Positions 38,702 to 47,800 of a stretch of 64,000 bases of DNA are shown here, one piece after another. The notes under the pieces are model-generated. The model did not search any database, had not been told where the DNA came from, and saw only the letters and a program-made list of their open reading frames with translations. The DNA lies in assembly GCA_963836755.1 (NCBI GenBank), contig CAWIKF010000001.1, forward strand, positions 448,001 through 512,000, read 5' to 3'. Each line of letters starts with the position of its first letter. Positions within the stretch are counted from its first letter, which is position 1. A program made the translations under genes and the position numbers. This DNA comes from an uncultured Verrucomicrobiae bacterium. Lineage in GTDB: Bacteria; Verrucomicrobiota; Verrucomicrobiia; Chthoniobacterales; Chthoniobacteraceae.

Positions 38702-39943
38702 GTGACTCTCTATCTAGTTGGCGCGATTTACGCCGTCATTTTTTGGATTGTAGGAAGCAGACATCCAAAGGTGCCGCTTATGCTGATCTTTGCGTTGGCG
38801 CCGTTTCAAAACGACATATCGGGAGGTGGACCGCTTCGTTTCTCGATAGCTGAGATCAATCTCTTTCTCACGGTTCCGCTTCTCATACTGGGTAAACGTA
38901 GGATGAGCCTTGGCCCGCTCACAATGGCAATCGGATTTTACATGTTGGTTTCAGTCGGATGCACGCTGCTTAGCTGGCGGAGCACTTCATTGGTATCGCT
39001 TACGCAGATGGGTCTCTACCTGATCGTTGCCGTTATCGTGTTCTCGGCGCTGCCGCGAAGCGAAACAGATTTTCGGCTGGCGCTAGATGGTTTAATCTTC
39101 GTGTCGGTCATCATGGCTAGTGCTGTGGTTATCAAACGTTCGGGCTATGTTTGGGGTTTGCATAAGAACGGAGTGGGAGCATCGCTCGGAGCGGCGGTGA
39201 TTGTGGGGACAGAGCTATGGTTCGCCGCAAAGGGGCGTCGAAAGCATATCTTATCCCTTGCGCTGGCGATCATCGCAGCAGGCTTATTCTTTTCGCTTTC
39301 ACGTGGAGCATGGCTAGGGGCAGTGATTGGAATTTTCGTCCTAATCGCCCTACGTCGTCAATTTCGTCTCCTCATTCGCATGGCGGTCATTCTTGTGCCG
39401 CTGGTTACAGTATGCTGGGCATACCTTCCTGATTCCTCGCGCTCATACGCCACCGGCTTTAGTGACGAAAATTTCAACATTCAGATGCGATACCGTTCCG
39501 TAGATTACGCAAAGGAGCTATTTCTGAGCAGTCCTATCACAGGGGTTGGGGTAGGTCTAAGAAAGGAATACGATGCCACGAACCTAATCTGGTGCACGTT
39601 GGCAGAAACGGGAGTCATAGGCCTGATCGCTTTGCTGTATCTTCATTACTCGGTGCTGCGGATGACATGGAAAGCGCAGAAACATATGGATCGTTCTACT
39701 ACTCTCTACTCCGGTGTGGCATTGGGCGCTGCGCTCGTCATCTCGAGATTTATGCATGGGATGGTCGATCATTACTGGGGAAGAGGGCCAACAACCGACG
39801 TGTGGGCCGCAGCCGGAATGGCACTCTTTGGTTATTTTGCTAACAAGCGACACATGTGGATCGCCAGGTGGGAAGCGATGCAACAAGCTGCACAGGAAGA
39901 AGCGCTGCCTGGGACCATCGAATCGATTCCAGCACTTCACTAG
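38702..39943 (+). CDS. O-antigen ligase / Wzy polymerase-like membrane protein
   Basis: About 10 TMs, HKN, SLSRGAW, PITGVGVG, LAETGVIG, HGMVD. Confidence 0.87.
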   Translation: MTLYLVGAIYAVIFWIVGSRHPKVPLMLIFALAPFQNDISGGGPLRFSIAEINLFLTVPLLILGKRRMSLGPLTMAIGFYMLVSVGCTLLSWRSTSLVSLTQMGLYLIVAVIVFSALPRSETDFRLALDGLIFVSVIMASAVVIKRSGYVWGLHKNGVGASLGAAVIVGTELWFAAKGRRKHILSLALAIIAAGLFFSLSRGAWLGAVIGIFVLIALRRQFRLLIRMAVILVPLVTVCWAYLPDSSRSYATGFSDENFNIQMRYRSVDYAKELFLSSPITGVGVGLRKEYDATNLIWCTLAETGVIGLIALLYLHYSVLRMTWKAQKHMDRSTTLYSGVALGAALVISRFMHGMVDHYWGRGPTTDVWAAAGMALFGYFANKRHMWIARWEAMQQAAQEEALPGTIESIPALH

Positions 39944-39947
39944 ATTC

Positions 39948-41129
39948 ATGCGCATTGCCTTGTGCTACCCAGGTTGCCACCGGAGAGGAGGGATTGAACG
40001 AGTCCTTCTGGAGTGTGCGAACTTTCTGAGTAACCGCGGGCACGAAGTCCACGTCTTCTCAGCTGCATGGGATCACGACGCGCTGGATTCTGACGTCATC
40101 CGTCACAATGTTCCGATGCTTCTCAACTTTTCTTTTGGAGCAGTAGTCGAATATGCCATCAAAAGCAGGCGGATGCTCTCACGTCTTACCCCTCCGGTTG
40201 ATGTTGTGGGAATGTTTGGAGTGCAATGTCCGCCCGGTGATGTTCTCTGGGTGCCGAGTGTGCACCGCGCTTGGCTGGAAATTTCCCGGGGCAGTCGAAA
40301 TTGGATAGGTCGGCTAAAGCAACTTCTTAATCCTTTTCATGCGGTGATCCTCGCATATGAAAGGTCCTGCTTTGATTCGCATAATCACAAGAAGCTGCTT
40401 GCGCTGACGAATGCAGTGCAAGCGGATGTGGGAAAATACTACGACGTCCCACAAGACAATATTTCGATACTTCCAAATGGTTTTTCGGAGACGGAATTTA
40501 ACGTCAGTGGACGTAGCTCGAGGCGCAACGCCATGCGCGCGAGACTGGGCTACAACGACTCCGACCGGGTCGTCGTCTTTGTGGCGAATGAAATGGCTCG
40601 GAAAGGCTTCGTGCCACTGCTAAGAGCCATCGCTTTGTTGAAAGATCCTCGAGTCAAAGTTCTCGCTGTAGGTCGTCTAAAACCGACCGCTGCAGCCAAT
40701 GAAGTTGAGCGTCTTGAAATGTCCGCGCGCGTTCATTTTACGGGGTCGACGAGCGACGTCGCGGCTTTCTATGCGGCGGGGGATGTTTTTGCGCTTCCTA
40801 CTGAATATGAGGCTTGGGGTTTGGTGATCGTCGAAGCGATGGCCTGCGGGTTGCCGGCCCTCACGAGTCGCCTAGCTGGTGCGGCGATCGTTATTCAAGA
40901 GGATCTTACCGGACAGTTGTTGGACGACCCGAGGAGTCCTGACGAAATCGCGGCAAAGCTGCGGCCTTTGTTAAAGGGCGAAAATCTCTCGGCAGAGGAG
41001 ATCTCCGCCTCGGTTCAAGGATACCGCTGGTCTGAGATACTCGCACGCTATGAAGAAGTTCTTTTCGCATGCGCGGCTCAAAAGTCTTCGCGAAAAGGGC
41101 TGCTGCCTATGTCTGCTGCAGCCCGGTGA
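39948..41129 (+). CDS. Glycosyltransferase family 4 (WaaG-like)
   Basis: GGIER, PNG, RKG, YEAWGLVIVEAMACG. Confidence 0.92.
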   Translation: MRIALCYPGCHRRGGIERVLLECANFLSNRGHEVHVFSAAWDHDALDSDVIRHNVPMLLNFSFGAVVEYAIKSRRMLSRLTPPVDVVGMFGVQCPPGDVLWVPSVHRAWLEISRGSRNWIGRLKQLLNPFHAVILAYERSCFDSHNHKKLLALTNAVQADVGKYYDVPQDNISILPNGFSETEFNVSGRSSRRNAMRARLGYNDSDRVVVFVANEMARKGFVPLLRAIALLKDPRVKVLAVGRLKPTAAANEVERLEMSARVHFTGSTSDVAAFYAAGDVFALPTEYEAWGLVIVEAMACGLPALTSRLAGAAIVIQEDLTGQLLDDPRSPDEIAAKLRPLLKGENLSAEEISASVQGYRWSEILARYEEVLFACAAQKSSRKGLLPMSAAAR

Positions 41130-41137
41130 CAGCACAC

Positions 41138-42367
41138 ATGCTTCCAGATACACTATCGACTGTGGATGAGTCGCATTCCATGGACAAATCTCCCCGGCAC
41201 GTATCGCCCAATCCGAGGCACTCCCTCAAAGTTGTGCTCTACACAGATTCCGACATTTTTGCCGGGACCGAGCGCCATATCCTAGAATTGGCGCGTGGCC
41301 TACGGCAGGAGAATGTTGATGTTGCCATAGCTTGTCCTGAAGCATCTCCGTTGATTGACCTAGCATCCCGAATGGGCGTGAAGACAATTCACGTAGAAAA
41401 GCGAGGGCTCTTGGATAGTTCCGCCATCAGGCGACTGAGAAGACTCTTCCGATCAGGAGAGATAGACATAGTCCATGCGCATAATGGTAGAACGGCGCTA
41501 TTGTCCGTCATCGCCGCGATGCTTGCGGGAAAAGGTTCAGTGGTTGCTACTCAGCACTTTCTTGAGCCGGCGCATACGACGCTCCATGGCTTGAGCGCAA
41601 TTCTTTCTCGAAAGGTGCATCGATGGGTGCAGCAGGAGGCGCGCCATTTCATCGCCGTGTCAGGAGCCGCGAAGGAACTCATGCTTGGCCGCAATAGCGG
41701 CCTAAGCCATAAGCTCTCATGGATTCCTAATGGAATCTCTGCCCCAGAACTAGATTCATTGGTTCCGGTGGACTCGGTCCGACAAGCATTGCGAGTGACC
41801 TCGGATATGCTGCTGATCGTATGTGCAGCCCGATTGGAACATGAGAAACATGTCGATGATCTTGTGGTGGCAATGAAAGGAGTCACGGAAAAGTTCCCTC
41901 GCGCGATGTGCGTCGTCGCAGGAACGGGTTCCTTGCGGGATTCGTTGCAAAAGCGAATTAACGAGCAAGGACTGTCCGGCGGCGTTCGACTACTGGGCTT
42001 TCGAGAAGACGCGCTCTCGCTTATTCAAGCAGCGGACATTTTTGTTCTACCCAGCCGCGCAGAACCGTTCGGACTGGTGCTGCTGGAAGCGATGGCGCTT
42101 GGCAAACCGGTTGTTGCCTGTGCCGCTGGGGGACCGCTGGAAATTGTCGAACACGGAGTCACGGGATTGTTGGTAGCTCCTGGAGAACCAAGCGCGATGA
42201 GTGAAGCACTTTTACAACTACTAACTGATCCGATCGCACGGAAGAAAATGGGAGAAAGTGGGCGGCGGCGCTACGAAGATTACTTCACGACTGAAAAGAT
42301 GTCAGCGGCGACTCTCAATGTATACGTGGAGTCGTTGAAGACATCATCATTCCGCATTCGCGGTTGA
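41138..42367 (+). CDS. Glycosyltransferase family 4
   Basis: GTERH, IPNGI, ARLEHEK, EPFGLVLLEAMALG. Confidence 0.92.
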   Translation: MLPDTLSTVDESHSMDKSPRHVSPNPRHSLKVVLYTDSDIFAGTERHILELARGLRQENVDVAIACPEASPLIDLASRMGVKTIHVEKRGLLDSSAIRRLRRLFRSGEIDIVHAHNGRTALLSVIAAMLAGKGSVVATQHFLEPAHTTLHGLSAILSRKVHRWVQQEARHFIAVSGAAKELMLGRNSGLSHKLSWIPNGISAPELDSLVPVDSVRQALRVTSDMLLIVCAARLEHEKHVDDLVVAMKGVTEKFPRAMCVVAGTGSLRDSLQKRINEQGLSGGVRLLGFREDALSLIQAADIFVLPSRAEPFGLVLLEAMALGKPVVACAAGGPLEIVEHGVTGLLVAPGEPSAMSEALLQLLTDPIARKKMGESGRRRYEDYFTTEKMSAATLNVYVESLKTSSFRIRG

Positions 42368-42376
42368 GCTTCTGGT

Positions 42377-43534
42377 ATGCGAGTCCTATTAGTCGGGCAA
42401 CAGTTTCAAGTTCGTAGTGAAGGCCAGCCGAAGGCGGAACAACTAGCCCTCCTGCCGGGGGTTGAGCTGCGCACACTCGTGCCAGATCGTTACCCCGCTG
42501 ACGGACATTGGCGCCGCCCGGAGATCCCCGCTGACGCCAGGTATGACTATGCCGTTGAGAAGGTGGCTTGGCCTTGGACAGGACCCGGTCAGTGGTATCT
42601 GCATTGGTATCCTCGCCTCGCGAAAGTATTAACGGAGTTTCGCCCTGACGTGATCGACCTATGGGAAGAGCCTTGGGGGCTTATGAGCGCTCATATGTGC
42701 TGGCTGCGCAATCGCTTGCTACCTGATGCTCGGATTATCAGTGAAACGGAGCAAAATGTAAGGAAAGTTCTTCCCTTTCCTTTTGAAAAATTTCGCACTT
42801 ATACACTGAAGAATGCCAGCTTTGTGATTGGCCGAAATGCGGAAGCCATCGAGATAACCCGCGAGAAGGGCTATAGAGGAGCCGCGCAGGTGGTCGGGAA
42901 TGGAGTAGACGTTGGCTTGTTTCGACCGCTCGCTCGAGAGGAATGCAAGGCGGAGCTTGGATTAAAAGGATTCGTCATGGGTTACGTCGGTCGAATCGTG
43001 CAGCAGAAAGGATTGATGGAAGCGGTTGACGCTTTGCGGGAGGTCCCGGACGATGTGCAGTTGATATTTGCAGGATCGGGGCCCTTTCGATCTCAGCTGG
43101 AGAACCGGGCAAAGGAGCTGGGTAAAGTGGGCCAAATCCGCTTTCTACCTCTTCGTCCTCGGGAGGAATTACCTCGTTTGATGAACGCCCTTGATGTCTT
43201 GCTTCTTCCTTCGCAAACAACAACGCGATGGAAAGAGCAGTTTGGACGCGTGATTATTGAAGCTCAGGCTTGTGGGACGCCGGTGATTGGCTCGAATTCC
43301 GGAGCTATTCCAGAAGTCATCATGGAGGGCGGAGTGGTGGTTCCCGAGAGAGATTCTTCAGCCTTGGCGGCAGCGGTGTGTCGCCTGAAAAGCAACGTGG
43401 ATTTGAGAGCCAAAATGGGTGCCGCGGGAATGCAGCAAGTGCATGCATCCTACTCATGGCCTCGTATCGCTGAACGAATGTATGAGATTTATATAAGGAC
43501 CATGAAATCTGTGCCTGTAGAAGTAGCCGCATGA
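42377..43534 (+). CDS. Glycosyltransferase family 4
   Basis: EEPW, GRIVQQKG, WKEQFGRVIIEAQACG. Confidence 0.92.
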   Translation: MRVLLVGQQFQVRSEGQPKAEQLALLPGVELRTLVPDRYPADGHWRRPEIPADARYDYAVEKVAWPWTGPGQWYLHWYPRLAKVLTEFRPDVIDLWEEPWGLMSAHMCWLRNRLLPDARIISETEQNVRKVLPFPFEKFRTYTLKNASFVIGRNAEAIEITREKGYRGAAQVVGNGVDVGLFRPLAREECKAELGLKGFVMGYVGRIVQQKGLMEAVDALREVPDDVQLIFAGSGPFRSQLENRAKELGKVGQIRFLPLRPREELPRLMNALDVLLLPSQTTTRWKEQFGRVIIEAQACGTPVIGSNSGAIPEVIMEGGVVVPERDSSALAAAVCRLKSNVDLRAKMGAAGMQQVHASYSWPRIAERMYEIYIRTMKSVPVEVAA

Positions 43535-44856
43535 ACCAAGACGGTCTTATCTCGGTCCTTTATTTGGATCACACCGGAAAGTTAGGCGGAGCCGAGGTCG
43601 CCCTCGTGCGACTAATGTCATCGTTGGATAGGAATAGATTTCGTCCGATCGTGGTTTTCGCGGATGAAGGTCCAGCACCGACTTTGATGCGAACGACTGG
43701 AGTGGAGACGCATGTGTTGACGTTGGACCCCAAGGTGCGCGAGGTTCGGAAGGACACACTCGGTGCCCTTGCATTTCTGAAACCCCGGCGACTCCTGTCC
43801 GTAATCGCCTATGCTATACGCATTTCCCGGTTCGTGCGTGAGAACCAAGTGCAGATCATCCATACGAATTCTCTGAAGGCTCATATTTATGGTGGGCTGG
43901 GGGGTAAGCTCGCGGGGGTTCCGGTGGTATGGCACCTAAGAGACTTTATCGACACAACCTACTTACCCGCTGCCGCTGTTCACGTCATTCGATTTCTAAT
44001 TAAAAAAATTCCTTCGCATGTAGTGACGGATTCCCAAAGCGTGATGGAACAAGCAGGGCTAAAGGCTGGTAGCGGCAGGGCCACGGCTGTGCGAAACGGA
44101 GTGACGACAGCGTGGCATCCGATCACAAAAATTCCGGTGGACTGCACAACGGACCCTATCACTGCCGAGCAAAACTCCAATACTGACTTTTCACTCCTTT
44201 TGTATGCCAAGCTGCCAGAGTCATGGAATGGTAGCGTAAGAATAGGCATGATCGGAAGAATCGCGCCATGGAAAGGTCAGCATATCTTTCTTCAAGCGGC
44301 GGCACAACTGAAGGCGAAAGGACACAAGGCCCGTTTCCTAGTGATTGGTGGACCCCTCTTCGGAGAACATGATTATGAAGAGAAGCTTCGTGAAATGGTG
44401 CGTGGCCTTGGAATTGAGGCGGAAGTTAGCTTCCTTGGACTTCGAGAAGATGTGCCGGCATTGCTGAAGGAACTTGACATAGTCGTGCATGCAAGCACTT
44501 CGGCGGATCCATGCCCAAGCACCGTTCTCGAAGGCATGGCGAATGGGCTTCCGGTCATCGGAAGCGATGGCGGTGGCGTGCCGGAAATGATCGTCGAAGG
44601 TGAAACTGGATTATTAGTGCCGATGGGAGATGCCTCAGCATTGGGAGACGCTTTGGAAAAACTTTTGCTTAATCCGGCAAAGGCCTGCCTGATGGGACGC
44701 AAGGGTTACATTCGTGTGCTTGAATCTTTCACAACGGCACGAGTCGCGCGCGACTTGGAAAAGATTTACCTGAATCTTGTCCCTAAGCTGAAGGGCTCCG
44801 AGCCAACCTCCGCCGGATCGGTCCGTCGAGGAGTTCGTGAAGCACTGAATCCTTAG
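43531..44856 (+). CDS. Glycosyltransferase family 4
   Basis: GGAE, HTNS, WHLRD, GRIAPWKGQ, DPCPSTVLEGMANG. Confidence 0.92.
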   Translation: MNQDGLISVLYLDHTGKLGGAEVALVRLMSSLDRNRFRPIVVFADEGPAPTLMRTTGVETHVLTLDPKVREVRKDTLGALAFLKPRRLLSVIAYAIRISRFVRENQVQIIHTNSLKAHIYGGLGGKLAGVPVVWHLRDFIDTTYLPAAAVHVIRFLIKKIPSHVVTDSQSVMEQAGLKAGSGRATAVRNGVTTAWHPITKIPVDCTTDPITAEQNSNTDFSLLLYAKLPESWNGSVRIGMIGRIAPWKGQHIFLQAAAQLKAKGHKARFLVIGGPLFGEHDYEEKLREMVRGLGIEAEVSFLGLREDVPALLKELDIVVHASTSADPCPSTVLEGMANGLPVIGSDGGGVPEMIVEGETGLLVPMGDASALGDALEKLLLNPAKACLMGRKGYIRVLESFTTARVARDLEKIYLNLVPKLKGSEPTSAGSVRRGVREALNP

Positions 44857-47800
44857 TGAGAGTTAGAAGCACCGCTCGCGGGGCCGAAGAAGAGGCCGTT
44901 AACAACTGCGTTGCTACCGTTGAGAAGGTTGGTGATCCGAATTTGGATGTGGCCGGTAAGATTCCAGAGCAAGTATTGACCGGTTTGGAAGTTCAAAATG
45001 GTTCGGGTGTCAAGGACGGTGCCAGAGGTTGCATCGAGTATCTCCACTTTCTCGGAGCGTGCCCCTGCAAAACTATCCCAGTCGACTGCATAGAGGGCAA
45101 CGGAGTGGCTTTGACCATCGGTTAGGTTCACGTCCATGACAAAGTTGTTGCCAACCTTGGTCTCGGAAGAATACCAGCAACTTGCTAGCCTATCATTGCT
45201 AGCCCCCTTCATCGGCGCACGAGGATCTGAGGTGGATGAGAGCCACGTGTAGTTCAAGTTGCCCGAGAGGGCGACGGTGGCATACGAAGGATACGCTGTC
45301 TTGTCGCCACTCAGACTAAATCCATCTGCCCCATAGGCGCCTTTCCAGTTGCCCTGCGTTCCAGTATCCGTATTCAAATAAACAGCTGTGCTGCCGTTCA
45401 ACGTCGATGAACTGATGCTGCTCGCGGGGCCGAAGAAGAGCCCATTGACGAGTGCGTTGCTACCATTGAGAAGGTTGGTGATGCGGATTTGAGTGTGGCC
45501 CGTAAGATTCCAGAGCAGGTATTGACCGGCGCGGAAGTTTGAAATGGTTCGGGTGTCAAGGACGGCGCCAGAGGTTGCATCGAGAATCTCCACTTTCTCG
45601 GAGCGTGCCCCTGCAAAACTATCCCAGTCGACTGCATAAAGGGCAACGGAGTGGCTTTGGCCGTCCGTTAGGTTCACATCCATGAGAAAGTTGTTGCCAA
45701 CCTTCATCCCGGAAGAATACCAACAACTTGCTACCCTATCACTGCTGGCCCCCTTCATGAGCGCCCGAGGATCAGCGGTGGAGGACAGCCACGTGTAGTT
45801 CAAGCTGCCGGTGATGCCGACGGTGGCATAAGAAGGATAAGCCGTCTTGTCGCCACTCAGACTAAATCCATCTGCCCCATAAAGGCCTTTCCAACTCCCT
45901 TGTGTGCCAGTGTCGGTATTCAGAAAGACTGCTGCGTTGCCATTCACGGTCTGGGGCGGGGTGGCAGTTACAGGTGGATTCGCTGGGACGGTAGTATTGG
46001 AGCCACTGCTTGAGCTCGTTGTCGGTCCGTCACTTGAACTTGTTGTGGAGGTGGAGGAGCCGCCTATGACGGTAGAAGAAGTGCCTGAGGGTCCACTGGA
46101 ACCGGAAGACGTAGTTGTATTGGCGGCGGAGGAATCGGCTGTGGTGACATTGACAGGGGCAAAAAAGATTCCGTTAAGAAGAGCATTGCTGCCAGCCAAG
46201 AGGTTAGTTATGCGAATCTGAACATGTCCCGTTACATTCCAGATCAAGTATTGGCCGGATTGGAAATTCGAAAGAGTCCGCGCGTCAAGGACGACGCCGG
46301 AGGTCGTATCGAGGACCTCAATTTTCTCAGAGCGAGGCCCCGCGAAACTATCCCAGTCAATAGCATAAAGTGCTACCGAATGGCTCTTGCCATCGGTGAG
46401 ATTTACATCGACTACCAAGTTGTTGCCTACTTTGGTGCCGAGAGAATACCAGGAACTCGCAACTCTGTCGTTGCTCGTCGCCTTTACCAGCGCACGCGCA
46501 TCAGTCGTCGAGGAAAACCAGGTGTAGTTTGAGCTTCCTGTGATAGCCACCGAGGCATACGATGGATACGAGGTCTTGTCTCCGCTTAAAGCGAAGCCAT
46601 CTGGTCCATAGCTGCCTTTCCAGTTGCCCTTCGTAGTTGTATCGGAATTGACATAGGTTGCGGCGTTTCCCGTAGGACCAAAGCCAACCGCGACTGTGAT
46701 CGGATTAGAAGTCGTGCTCGCGCCGGAATTGTCGTAAGCCTTTGCGGTAAGCGAATATGTGCCAGCCGCGACGTTAGTCCAACTGAACGTATACGGCGCG
46801 GATGTCACCACTCCGAGTTTGTAAGTGCCGGCATAAAATTCCACTTGTGCGATTGTTCCATCGCTATCGGACGCACTTGCACTGAGAGAGATATTTGCCG
46901 GGGCAATAAGAGAGTCAGTGGCGCTGGCCGGGCTCAAACTTACTGTCGGTGCCACGTTTGTTCCTACCGCAGAAGGCTGCTGAGCTGACTGCGCTGGATA
47001 CAGTTGAGCGCTCGGTATGATTGCTTTCGATTGACTGGCGCTAGACCAAAGCAACTTCATCGCAGCTCCTCCGGTCTGTTCAAAGTATTCCACTTTGATG
47101 TCGTAAGGCTGGCCAGCTTGGAGGGCGATGGGAACACTTGTGAACTCGGTCGCGTTATTCGGAACCCACTTGTCAATGATTAACTGGCCGTTAATCCATA
47201 CGCGGCACCCATCGTCGCTCTGCGTAAAGAAGGTGTAAGTTTCCGAATATTGCGGCTCAATCTTTCCCGTCCACCTCGCCGCGAAATAGTCGCTAGGAAT
47301 GCTAGGATCGGGTGAGCCTAACCCCCAGTCAAAGTTCAAGGAAGGATCTAAGCGCGTTACTTTCAAGGAACTAAAGTCGACACTGGCGAAGTATTGACCC
47401 GTGAGGCCGGTGCCACTGCCAAATACAGGACCAGTCACGTTCCCGGAAACTCCGACGGTGGCGTTCGTTTGAGAAGAGGTGGCCGTGGCTCCTCCATTGT
47501 CCGTGGCTTTTGATGTGACGACGTAAAATCCGGGGGGAACGTTGTTCCACGCGAGATTGTAAGGCGCGGTTGCAACCTCCCCTAACTTGCTGCCATTCGC
47601 AAAAAATTCGACCTTCGAGATGCTTCCGTCAAAGTCGAGAGCACTCGCGGAAAGAGTAATGTTCGCAGGCGATGAATAGATAGAGTTGTTCGATGGTGCA
47701 TTGATGCTGACAACTGGAGGTATGTTAGCCCCCGTCGTGGAGTTTGTAGACGTCACCAAAGATGCATTGTAGATCTCAATCTCGCGAAGACTTATGTAGG

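Noticed and set aside
44881..46670. Long repeats as CRISPR, IS copies or DGR template/variable repeats
   Set aside because: They are in-frame coding domains; no spacers, transposase or reverse transcriptase in the window.
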